64,000 nucleotides of DNA from an uncultured Candidatus Binatia bacterium (lineage in GTDB: Bacteria > Desulfobacterota > Binatia > UBA9968 > JAJDTQ01): positions 2,744,907-2,808,906 of the forward strand of contig OZ241979.1 of NCBI GenBank assembly GCA_965204235.1. The letters are read 5' to 3'. Positions within the stretch are counted from its first letter, which is position 1. Every line of letters starts with the position of its first letter. Both the position numbers and the translations under genes were made by a program. The notes beneath the pieces were generated by a model. It was not told the origin of the DNA and made no database searches. It saw only the letters and a program-made list of their open reading frames with translations. This document shows, piece by piece, positions 35,770 to 44,093 of this stretch.

Positions 35770-36882
35770 GTGGGACAGGCGGTGAGCGACGGTCGGGGAA
35801 GCGCGCGGGACCCCCGGGACGGGGACCGTCCGTCGGCGCCGCTCGCCGACCCGCAAGGCTCGGGTTACCGGATGCCCGCGGAATGGGAGCCTCACGCCTC
35901 GACCTGGTTGGCGTGGCCCCACAACGCGGATACCTGGCCGGACGACCTCCACCGGGTGCGGCAGACCTGGGTCGAGATCATCCGGGTACTGGCCGCGGGC
36001 GATGTGGTGAACCTGCTGGTCAACGACGCCTGCTCCGAGACCGCGGCGGCGGCATGGCTCCGCGGCGGCGGCGTGGACCTGCGCAGGGTGGTCTTCCACC
36101 GCCTCCCTACGGTGGACGTATGGATCCGGGACTACGGCCCGACCTTCGTCACCCGTGACGCCGGCTCCGAGGCGTTGGCGCTGGTCAACTGGCGGTTCAA
36201 TGCCTGGGGGCTCAAGTACCCCGATTACGTGGCCGACGACGCGGTCCCGTCGCGTATCAACGAGTCCCTCGGATTGCCCGCGTTCACTCCGGGGATCGTG
36301 CTGGAGGGAGGCTCCATCGACGTCAACGGCGCCGGGGTCTGCCTCGTCACCGAGGAGTGCCTGCTCAACCCCAACCGCAACCGCGGGTGGACCCGGGAGG
36401 AGATCGAGGTGCGGTTGCGGTCCGCGCTGGGGCTCCGGCGCGTGGTCTGGCTGCCCGCGGGCATGCGCGGCGACGATACCGACGGACACGTGGACAACCT
36501 CGCGCGTTTCGTCAGCGAGACCACCGCAGTGTGCGTGGTGGAGGAAGACCCGCGGGACGAGAACTACTTGGCCCTTCAGGAGAACTACCGGCGCCTGACC
36601 GCTGCCACCGATGCCCGGGGCCGCGGGCTCCACGTGGTCCCGCTGCCGCAGCCCGATCCGGTGACCGCGGGGGGTTCGCGGCTTCCCGCGAGCTACGCCA
36701 ACTTCTACGCGGCCAACGGAGTGGTGCTCGTGCCGCTCTACCGCGGCCCCAAGGACCGGATCGCCCTCGACACGCTGGCGGCCCTCTTCCCGGGCCGCCG
36801 GGTGGCGGGCATCGACGCACGCGCCCTGATCCTCGGTCTCGGGGGCATCCACTGCGTCACCCAGCAGCAGCCGGCGGCTTGA
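35770..36882 (+). CDS. aguA: Agmatine deiminase
   Basis: RMPAEWEPH, WIRDYGP, DGHVDN and GGIHCVTQQ motifs. Start uncertain (GTG 35770; the conservative ATG is 35872). Confidence 0.88.
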   Translation: MGQAVSDGRGSARDPRDGDRPSAPLADPQGSGYRMPAEWEPHASTWLAWPHNADTWPDDLHRVRQTWVEIIRVLAAGDVVNLLVNDACSETAAAAWLRGGGVDLRRVVFHRLPTVDVWIRDYGPTFVTRDAGSEALALVNWRFNAWGLKYPDYVADDAVPSRINESLGLPAFTPGIVLEGGSIDVNGAGVCLVTEECLLNPNRNRGWTREEIEVRLRSALGLRRVVWLPAGMRGDDTDGHVDNLARFVSETTAVCVVEEDPRDENYLALQENYRRLTAATDARGRGLHVVPLPQPDPVTAGGSRLPASYANFYAANGVVLVPLYRGPKDRIALDTLAALFPGRRVAGIDARALILGLGGIHCVTQQQPAA

Positions 36883-36909
36883 CGACGGTGATTTCCCGCG
36901 GCGGCTCGA

Positions 36910-37018
36910 GGAAACCCTGAACAATTGCCCCCGTTCGTCCTGAGCGTAGCGAAGCGAAGTCGAAGGACGCGCTTTCCCACAAGAGAGGCGCTTCAAGCCG
37001 GAATTGTCCAGAGGTTCC
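36910..37018 (+). repeat. MITE-like repeat copy 11 (complete, 109 bp)
   Basis: ggaaaccctgaacaattgcccccgttcgtcctgagcgtagcgaagcgaagtcgaaggacgcgctttccc...gaattgtccagaggttcc. Confidence 0.88.
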
Positions 37019-37075
37019 TTGACACGCCGTGCGGGTGTTTCTAGTGTTGCGTCTGGCAGGCTGGCGGGCGCGGTT

Positions 37076-37324
37076 TCACCATATCATGCGCGCGACCCGG
37101 TAGTGGGCCTGCACGAACTCCTTGGCCTGGGCTTCGGCGGCTTCGGCCGATTCGCCGCTGAAACGAAGCGGCCTGCCCGACCGGGCGAGGACGAGACAGG
37201 CGTCCTCCAGCGCAACGCCTCCGGTCAGGACCAGGTACGCCGACCACGCGCCGCGGTCTTCGGCCGAGCGGATCTCGACCCTGACGACGCCGTCGATGGA
37301 AGGGACGTGGATGTCGAACTTCAT
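37076..37324 (-). CDS. Hypothetical small protein
   Basis: 82-aa ORF with an ATG start. No recognisable motif. Confidence 0.35.
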   Translation of the reverse strand: MKFDIHVPSIDGVVRVEIRSAEDRGAWSAYLVLTGGVALEDACLVLARSGRPLRFSGESAEAAEAQAKEFVQAHYRVARMIW

Positions 37325-37489
37325 GCGGCGTCAGTCTGGCGTCCGGCGGCCGGCAAGTCAAGGCGCCGGAGGTCTCGTGCGCCCGGTCGGAGTCCGGGCG
37401 CGGTGGAGCGGACGTCGAGGAAACGCACGTGGGCCGGGCGGTCAACGCCGCGGTGAGAGTCCCAACGGGCGGGGAGGAGCGGACGTCGA

Positions 37490-37580
37490 GGAAACCCTGG
37501 ACAACGATCCCCGTCCCTGGACAACGATCCCCGTTCGTCCTGAGCGTAGCGTAGCGGAGTCGAAGGACGGGCTTTCCCAG
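37490..37580 (+). repeat. MITE-like repeat copy 12 (right end missing; 21-bp tandem duplication ccctggacaacgatccccgt)
   Basis: ggaaaccctggacaacgatccccgtccctggacaacgatccccgttcgtcctgagcgtagcgtagcggagtcgaaggacgggctttccc. Confidence 0.8.
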
Positions 37581-37603
37581 TCCCCGAACGAAAGGCGGGC
37601 GCC

Positions 37604-37993
37604 GTGCCGACGCAACCCAGCAAGGAAATCGAGACCATTCCCAACCCGCGGCGGGACCGGGACTACGAGGTGACCATGGAATGCCCGGAGTTCACCTGTG
37701 TCTGTCCCCGTACCGGACAACCGGACTTCGCCACCATCCGCGTCCGTTACGTCCCCGGACCCGCGTGCATCGAGCTCTTGTCGCTGAAGCTCTACCTCTG
37801 GTCGTTCCGCGAGGAAGGGGTCTTCCACGAGGACGTGGTCAACCGCATACTCGACGACCTGGCCGCGGCCTGCTCGCCGAAATCCATGAGCGTGGTCGGC
37901 GACTTCCACGTGCGAGGCGGCATCCGCACGGTGGTGAGCGCGGAGTACCGGGCCGCGGGCGATGAGGCCGCGGGAACGGCCAGGGAGGATTGA
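37604..37993 (+). CDS. queF: NADPH-dependent 7-cyano-7-deazaguanine reductase (unimodular QueF)
   Basis: [17 protein letters not shown] and LKLYLWSFR motifs. Confidence 0.92.
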   Translation: MPTQPSKEIETIPNPRRDRDYEVTMECPEFTCVCPRTGQPDFATIRVRYVPGPACIELLSLKLYLWSFREEGVFHEDVVNRILDDLAAACSPKSMSVVGDFHVRGGIRTVVSAEYRAAGDEAAGTARED

Positions 37994-37996
37994 CCC

Positions 37997-39370
37997 ATGG
38001 CGGAAGTGACGGAGAACTTTCGCAAGCTCCCGCCCCAGAACCTGGAGGCGGAGGCATCGATCCTCGGCGGCGTGCTGCTGGACAACGAGTCCATCAACAC
38101 CGTGGTCGAGCTGGTGAAGTCCGACGACCTCTACCGGGACTCGCACCGCAAGATCTACCGGGCCATGGTCGAGCTCTGGGAACGCAACGAGCCGGTGGAC
38201 CTCATCACCCTGAGCGACCACATGAAGGCCAGGGGCGACCTGGAATCCGTCGGCGGTTCCGCCTACCTGGCCGAGCTCGCGAGCCAGATCCCCACCGCCG
38301 CCAACATCGCCCACTACGCCCGCATCGTGCGGGACAAGGCCATCCTGCGCCACCTGATCCGGGCCTCCACCGACATCGCCACACGGGGGCTGGAGGAGAG
38401 GGGCGACGTCGATACCTTCCTGGACGACGCGGAACGCGCCATCTTCGACATCTCGGAAAAGCGCATCGGGGCTTCCTTCGTGAAGGTCGGCGACGTCATG
38501 ATGGACGCCATCAGGAAGGTCGAGACGCTCTACAACCGCAAGGAGATGGTGACCGGCGTGGCCACAGGCTACCGCGACCTGGACCTGTTGACCGCGGGGT
38601 TCCAACCGTCCGACCTGTTGATCGTCGCAGGGCGGCCGGCCATGGGGAAGACGGCCTTTGCCCTCAACGTCGCGGCCAACGCCGCTTTGCAGCAGGGTGT
38701 GGGCGTGGCGGTCTTCTCCCTGGAGATGGCCACGGAGCAACTGGTGCTGAGGCTGCTTTGCTCGGAGGCGAGGGTCGATCATGCCAGGCTCCGCACCGGC
38801 CATCTGAAGGAAAGCGAGTTCCCGGAACTGGTGACGGCTGCGGGGAGGCTGAGGGACGCGCCGGTCTATATCGACGACACGCCCGCGTTGTCGGTGCTGG
38901 AGGTCCGCGCCAAGACCCGGCGGCTGTTGCGGGACAAGTCCAGCCAACTGGGCCTGGTGGTCATCGACTACCTGCAGCTCATGCGCGGCCACGGCGATTC
39001 GCCCAACCGCGAGCAGGAGATCTCGGAGATCTCGCGCTCCCTCAAGGCCCTCGCCAAGGAGCTGAACGTCCCGGTGGTGGCCATCTCCCAGCTCAACCGG
39101 CGGGTGGAGGAGCGAAGCGACAAGCGGCCGGTGATGGCCGACCTGCGGGAGTCCGGCGCCATCGAGCAGGACGCCGACGTGATCATGTTCGTGTACCGGG
39201 ACGATGCCTACGACCCGAAGAAGAACCCGGGCTTGGCCGAGGTCATCGTGGCCAAGCAGCGCAACGGCCCGGTGGACACGGTGCGGCTCACCTTCCTCAA
39301 GGAATACACCCGGTTCGAGGATTACTCGGGGCGCGACGACGAAGGTTACTCGGACGCCGGGGAGTATTAG
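37997..39370 (+). CDS. dnaB: Replicative DNA helicase DnaB
   Basis: PPQNLEAEASILGGVLL N-terminus, Walker A GRPAMGKT, and the ISQLNR and DLRESGAIEQDAD motifs. Confidence 0.96.
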   Translation: MAEVTENFRKLPPQNLEAEASILGGVLLDNESINTVVELVKSDDLYRDSHRKIYRAMVELWERNEPVDLITLSDHMKARGDLESVGGSAYLAELASQIPTAANIAHYARIVRDKAILRHLIRASTDIATRGLEERGDVDTFLDDAERAIFDISEKRIGASFVKVGDVMMDAIRKVETLYNRKEMVTGVATGYRDLDLLTAGFQPSDLLIVAGRPAMGKTAFALNVAANAALQQGVGVAVFSLEMATEQLVLRLLCSEARVDHARLRTGHLKESEFPELVTAAGRLRDAPVYIDDTPALSVLEVRAKTRRLLRDKSSQLGLVVIDYLQLMRGHGDSPNREQEISEISRSLKALAKELNVPVVAISQLNRRVEERSDKRPVMADLRESGAIEQDADVIMFVYRDDAYDPKKNPGLAEVIVAKQRNGPVDTVRLTFLKEYTRFEDYSGRDDEGYSDAGEY

Positions 39371-39538
39371 GAGTGGCGCTTCAGGAATTCGTGTGGGCAA
39401 GATAGGAGGGAAAGATGATCGACAGGGGTCGGGACAGCATTCCACCGCTTCCGCGGGGCCTGCCCCGGCAGGCAGTAAGCCGGGGGGCTGGCCCCGCGGA
39501 CGCCCACGCCATCATTCCCGCGAAAGCCCACTCCCGTC

Positions 39539-39558
39539 ATTCCCGCGAAAGCGGGAAT
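39539..39558. repeat. REP-like hairpin attcccgc-gaaa-gcgggaat (with an upstream half copy at 39511-39528)
   Basis: Perfect 8-bp stem with a GAAA loop read directly, in the dnaB downstream spacer. Confidence 0.7.
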
Positions 39559-39832
39559 CCATCCATTCTTGTGAAAACTCCTCGTGCTTTCATCCTTCCG
39601 ACCCAACCCCATGGCGCCCTGCATCACTGGACACCAGTTGGTTGGATACGAGGTTCCTGAATCCGTGGCAAGCGCTATCCAGAGAGAAAAGCGGCCAGGA
39701 AATGGAATCGGGCAAGGAAAATTGAGCGGATCGAAAAGGATAATCCGAGCGGGAGCGCATTACATGGAAGCCAAGCAAAAAAGCAATGCCGAACTGGCCG
39801 AAGTAGGAACTCCAAGACCATGACCGAATATG

Positions 39833-39910
39833 GGAACCTCGGAACGATTGCCCCCCGTTCGTCCTGAGCGTAGCGTAGCGGAGTCGAAGGACGCGCTTTC
39901 CCACAGGGAG
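39833..39910 (+). repeat. MITE-like repeat copy 13 (right end missing)
   Basis: ggaacctcggaacgattgccccccgttcgtcctgagcgtagcgtagcggagtcgaaggacgcgctttccc. Confidence 0.8.
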
Positions 39911-39927
39911 GAAGGAACGAGGGGCTG

Positions 39928-42747
39928 ATGAGGCTTTCCTGGAACGAGGTCCGTGCGCGGGCTGCGGACTTCGCCCGCGAGTGGGCGGACGCGGCTTACG
40001 AGAAGGGCGAGACCCACAGTTTCTACAACGACTTCTTCGAGATCTTCGGCGTCAAGCGGCGCACGGTGGCGCGCTACGAGGAACACGTCCGACGCCTCGA
40101 CGACACCAGCGGCTTCATCGACCTGTTCTGGCCGGGGGTGCTCCTGGTGGAGCAGAAGAGCGCCGGCCGCGGCCTTGCTGCGGCCCGGGAGCAGGCCGGC
40201 GCCTACTTCGACGCGCTCCCCGAGCGCGACCGTCCCCGCTACCAACTCCTCTGCGACTTCCGGACGTTCGAACTCCTCGACCGGGACGAGGGGGAGGAAT
40301 GCCGCTTCGCCCTGGCCGACCTGCCCGGGCACGTGGAGGAGTTCGGGTTCATCCTCGGCGTGCAGCGCCGCACGTTCCGGGACCAGGACCCGGTCAACGT
40401 CCGGGCGTCCGAGTTGGTGGCGCGGCTGCACGACGCGCTCAAGGCCTCGGGCTACGCCGGCCACGACCTGGAACTGTTCCTGGTGCGCACCGTCTTCTGC
40501 CTCTTCGCCGACGACACCGGCATCTTCGAGCCGCGGGACGTCTTCCTCGACTTCCTGGAGGAACGGACGGCTGCGGACGGCAGCGACCTCGGCCCCTGGC
40601 TGGCCCGGCTGTTCCAGGTGCTGCACACGCCGGAGGACCGGCGGCAGGCGAAGCTGGACGAGGACCTGGCCCGCTTCCCGTACGTCAACGGCGACCTCTT
40701 TGCCGAACCGCTCCGCATCCCGGACTTCGACGCTGCCATGCGCCAAGCCCTGCTCGACGCCGGTCGGTTCGACTGGACCGCGATCTCTCCGGCCATATTC
40801 GGGGCGCTGTTCCAGTCGGTGATGGAGCCGGTGGAGCGCCGGGCCGCAGGCGCCCACTACACCACCGAGAAGAACATCCTGAAGGTGATCGAGCCGCTGT
40901 TCCTCGACCACCTGCGGACGGAGTTCGCGCAACTCAAGGCAAGACGCGACAGCCGCAGAGTGCCCGACCTCCACGTCTTCCAGCGGAAGCTCGGGGCGTT
41001 GCGGTTCTTCGACCCCGCGTGCGGCTGCGGCAACTTCCTCATCATCGCCTACCGCGAGTTGCGCGCCCTGGAGATCGAAGTGCTGCGGGAACTGAATCCG
41101 GGCCAGCGCCAGTTCGAGATGCTTGCGGACGTGCTGTCGGTGGTCAACGTGGATCAGTTCCACGGCATCGAGATCGGCGAGTTTCCGGCCCGCATCGCAT
41201 CCACCGCGCTGTGGATGATGGACCACATCATGAACAACCGTCTGAGCCTGGAGTTCGGTCGGACCTACGCGCGGATACCCATCGAGAAGTCGCCCCACAT
41301 CCGCAACGCCGACGCCCTGGAGACGGACTGGGCCGAGGTGCTGCCGCCGGAGGAATGCGACTACGTCTTCGGCAACCCGCCCTTCGGCGGGTCCAAGCAC
41401 CAATCCACGGAGCAACGGGCGCAGGTGCGCCGCATCGCCGCCCTGGGCGGCAGCGGCGGGACCCTCGACTACGTGGCGGCGTGGTTCGTCCGCGCCGGCG
41501 AGTACGTCCGGAGCGCGCCGGGGGAAAAAACGCCCCGCATCGGCTTCGTGGCCACCAACTCGATCACGCAGGGCGAACAGGCGGCGCAACTGTGGCCGGT
41601 CCTGTTCGACCGCCATCGTTTGGAGATCGCCTTCGCGCACCGCACCTTCGCCTGGGGCTCGGACGCCCGGGGCATGGCGCACGTCCACGTGACGATCATC
41701 GGCCTCGACGCCGCGGAACGCGGGTCAACGCCCAAGCGCCTCTTTTCCTACGAGGACGTGAAGGGCGAGCCCCTCGAAAGCCGCCACGCCGTGATCACAC
41801 CCTACCTGTTCGACGGCGGCGGACTGGCGAACCCGCACCTGGTCGTGCGGGAGGAGGGTCGGCCGGTCAACGGGCTGCGCCAACTGATCACAGGCTCCCA
41901 GCCCATTGACGACGGGCTTTACATCTTCAATGCCGAGGAACGACTCGTGTTCCTGGACGCCGAGCCTGACGCCGAACCGTTCTTACGCCCCTTCGTCGGC
42001 GCTCGTGAATACCTTCAGGGCGGCGAGCGCTGGATCCTCGTCTTGCATGACGCCTCGCCCGGCGCGCTGGCCCGGCTGCCGCGCGTCCGGGAACGTATCG
42101 CCGCGGTCCGCGCCTGGCGGCAGACCAGCAAACGCAAGTCCACGTTGAAACTGGCCGACACGCCCACGCTGTGGCAAGTTAACGTACTCCCGACCACACC
42201 GTTTCTCGTTCTTCCGCAGGTAAGTTCGGAACGCCGGGAATATGTCCCAATCGGATGGCTGGAACCGCCAATCATCCCCAGCGACAAGCTCCGGTTGTTG
42301 CCCGATGCGACCCTCGCGGATTTCGCGCTTCTCACTTCGGCCATGCACATGGCCTGGACGCGGGCGGTGACAGGCCGCATGAAGAGCGACTACATGTACT
42401 CCGTCGGCGTCGTCTATAACACGTTTCCGACGCCGCCTGGCTGGACGAACGAGAACGCGGATTCTTCGGCGCCGGCAACGCTGGCGCAAGCGGTGCTCGA
42501 CGCCCGCGCCGCTCACCCGGAAGCGACCCTGGCTCAACTGTACGACCCGGACCTCATGCCGCCGAACCTCCGCAAGGCGCATCAGCAACTCGACCGCGCC
42601 ATCGACCGCCTCTACCGCAGAGCCGCGTTCGCGTCCGAACGGGAGCGAGTCGAGCACCTGTTCACTCTCTACGAGCGCCTCCAAGCCCCCCTCGTCGCAA
42701 AAGCCGCGGAGCGACCCAAGCGCAAACGCCGCCGCACCGGACCATGA
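39928..42747 (+). CDS. MmeI-like Type IIL restriction-modification enzyme (fused nuclease, N6-A methyltransferase and TRD)
   Basis: 939 aa. N-terminal PD-ExK-like FIDLFWPGVLLVEQKS, AdoMet motif FFDPACGCGNFL, catalytic GNPPFGG, and a long TRD tail. Confidence 0.85.
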   Translation: MRLSWNEVRARAADFAREWADAAYEKGETHSFYNDFFEIFGVKRRTVARYEEHVRRLDDTSGFIDLFWPGVLLVEQKSAGRGLAAAREQAGAYFDALPERDRPRYQLLCDFRTFELLDRDEGEECRFALADLPGHVEEFGFILGVQRRTFRDQDPVNVRASELVARLHDALKASGYAGHDLELFLVRTVFCLFADDTGIFEPRDVFLDFLEERTAADGSDLGPWLARLFQVLHTPEDRRQAKLDEDLARFPYVNGDLFAEPLRIPDFDAAMRQALLDAGRFDWTAISPAIFGALFQSVMEPVERRAAGAHYTTEKNILKVIEPLFLDHLRTEFAQLKARRDSRRVPDLHVFQRKLGALRFFDPACGCGNFLIIAYRELRALEIEVLRELNPGQRQFEMLADVLSVVNVDQFHGIEIGEFPARIASTALWMMDHIMNNRLSLEFGRTYARIPIEKSPHIRNADALETDWAEVLPPEECDYVFGNPPFGGSKHQSTEQRAQVRRIAALGGSGGTLDYVAAWFVRAGEYVRSAPGEKTPRIGFVATNSITQGEQAAQLWPVLFDRHRLEIAFAHRTFAWGSDARGMAHVHVTIIGLDAAERGSTPKRLFSYEDVKGEPLESRHAVITPYLFDGGGLANPHLVVREEGRPVNGLRQLITGSQPIDDGLYIFNAEERLVFLDAEPDAEPFLRPFVGAREYLQGGERWILVLHDASPGALARLPRVRERIAAVRAWRQTSKRKSTLKLADTPTLWQVNVLPTTPFLVLPQVSSERREYVPIGWLEPPIIPSDKLRLLPDATLADFALLTSAMHMAWTRAVTGRMKSDYMYSVGVVYNTFPTPPGWTNENADSSAPATLAQAVLDARAAHPEATLAQLYDPDLMPPNLRKAHQQLDRAIDRLYRRAAFASERERVEHLFTLYERLQAPLVAKAAERPKRKRRRTGP

Positions 42748-42795
42748 GACCCGGCAAACGTTCCTCGACGCCTACGGAAGTTCCCTGACGCTTAC

Positions 42796-42870
42796 GGAAC
42801 GCTTGGCCCATTCCGGCTTGAGTTCCCTCTCCCTACGGAAAGCGCGTCCTTCGACTTCGCTTCGCTACGC
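42796..42870 (-). repeat. MITE-like repeat copy 14 (one end missing)
   Basis: ggaacgcttggcccattccggcttgagttccctctccctacggaaagcgcgtccttcgacttcgcttcgctacgc. Confidence 0.8.
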
Positions 42871-43003
42871 GGTCTGTACCGATCGGAGTTCTCCGCCATG
42901 CCGAACCATGCCAAACCGAGGAGGGCATGGTCGGAATGGGAGGGAAGCGGATCTCCTCGCGTGCGTGGAGGGTGTCTCAACCCACACGAATCCGCGGTTC
43001 CGG

Positions 43004-43432
43004 CTACGCTGCCCGGTCCTCGACCACCAAGCCGCGTCCGACAGCTCGGAGGGCCTTCTCCACCTGACCGATGTGGGAGCGATGGTCGGGGTTCAGCAGC
43101 TTGCGTACGGCACCCTCGCTCAGACCCAGGCGAGCGGCGAGAGCGACCTTGGTGACGCCCTGACTGCGCATCGCCGAATAGAGGGCGAGCTTGGCCGCGG
43201 CGACGGGCGGAACGGCGACGAGTTCCTGGCTTGGGGCGGCGGCGCTTGGAGCCGGGATCCCCTCACGGCACTGAACGCAGGCGCCCAGAGCCGCGGCCAA
43301 GGCATCCTCGGCCATGGCCAGCGCCTCGGCGCGATCCTCGCCGCAGGTGATGGCTTCAGGCACGTCCGGGAAAGAGACGGAGAAACCGCCGCCCTCCTCG
43401 GGAGTCAGCACGCAGGGGTAGGCGTAGCGCAT
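43004..43432 (-). CDS. hicB: HicB-family antitoxin (RNase H-like fold plus C-terminal HTH)
   Basis: YPCVLTPEEGGGFSVSFPDVPEAITCGEDRAEAL HicB N-terminus and a C-terminal HTH (TKVALAARLGLSEGAVRKLL). Confidence 0.85.
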   Translation of the reverse strand: MRYAYPCVLTPEEGGGFSVSFPDVPEAITCGEDRAEALAMAEDALAAALGACVQCREGIPAPSAAAPSQELVAVPPVAAAKLALYSAMRSQGVTKVALAARLGLSEGAVRKLLNPDHRSHIGQVEKALRAVGRGLVVEDRAA

Positions 43433-43638
43433 CAGAAGTCCTCCTTGGGGATATGCAGTTGCTTCAGCATGCCTTGAAAGACGCCAGTCTTGAGTTCGCC
43501 ATGCTTGACGACCGTGCGACGGTCACCGAGGTGGAGCACGCCGTGGCTACCCTTCCCGTGGCGTGGGTCGAAACGGAACGGCTTCCCGACTCTCCTCGCG
43601 TAGCGTCTGGCTCGCCTGACGAATTCGATTCCGTTCAC
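43432..43638 (-). CDS. hicA: HicA-family mRNA interferase toxin
   Basis: GKGSHGVLH...HGELKTGVFQGMLKQLHI motif. Its stop overlaps the hicB start. Start uncertain (GTG 43638, within an ORF open to 43791). Confidence 0.75.
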   Translation of the reverse strand: MNGIEFVRRARRYARRVGKPFRFDPRHGKGSHGVLHLGDRRTVVKHGELKTGVFQGMLKQLHIPKEDF

Positions 43639-43850
43639 GGTCCGAATTTCGTACCTTTCGGTAAAAAAAGCAACCGGGTCCGTGAGGTTTCGGTCACCGC
43701 GGTTCCTCCGCACGTACGGAGATAGACCCCCAGCCTTCAGCGCGGCCCTGTCTGCCCAGGTCGAGGATGACCGGATGTATGTCCGGGCCACATGACCAAG
43801 ACCCTGCTCCCTGATCGACAGTGGCGGCGGCCTGTGCTAGGTTCCGGGCT

Positions 43851-43919
43851 GGCGCTGGAAGCAGCAATACTCTCATGCCTGCGGGCGAGCGCGGGGTTTG
43901 CGTCCCGCCCAGCGCCACC
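43851..43919 (+). repeat. Structured ~70-nt repeat, family 2, copy 2
   Basis: 8-bp outer stem GGCGCTGG/CCAGCGCC enclosing a 5-bp hairpin GCGGG/CCCGC. Copy 1 has GTGGG/CCCAC at the same place, a compensatory change. Confidence 0.7.
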
Positions 43920-43946
43920 TTTCTCGGTTTCCTGCTATCCTCTTGA

Positions 43947-44056
43947 GGAACCTCCGATCAATTCCGGCTTGAGGCGCCTCTCCCTACGGGAAAGCGCGTC
44001 CTTCGACTTCGCTTCGCTACGTTCAGGACGAACGGGGGCAATTGTTCAGGGTTTCC
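43947..44056 (-). repeat. MITE-like repeat copy 15 (complete, 110 bp)
   Basis: ggaacctccgatcaattccggcttgaggcgcctctccctacggg...gggggcaattgttcagggtttcc. Confidence 0.88.
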
Positions 44057-44093
44057 GCAGGGCTGTACACCGGCCTCCGAGGCGCGGCCGCGG

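Noticed and set aside
37330-37603. preQ1 riboswitch upstream of queF
   Set aside because: The region is occupied by a MITE and a 20-nt duplication. I could not see a preQ1-type compact hairpin or pseudoknot with the conserved loop. A cmscan would be decisive.
39415-39725. 81-173-aa ORFs in the dnaB downstream spacer
   Set aside because: They are composed of REP-like repeat translations (IPAKAHSRHSRESGNP). They have no SD or motif support and show mixed composition.
43851-43919. Possible tRNA or tRNA-like gene (acceptor-like stem, T-arm-like hairpin, ACC tail)
   Set aside because: It is only ~66 nt to the end of the closing stem, with an 8-bp rather than 7-bp acceptor-like stem. It has no D arm, no 5-bp anticodon stem with a 7-nt loop, and a non-canonical loop (GTTTGCGT). 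It is kept only as a structured repeat.
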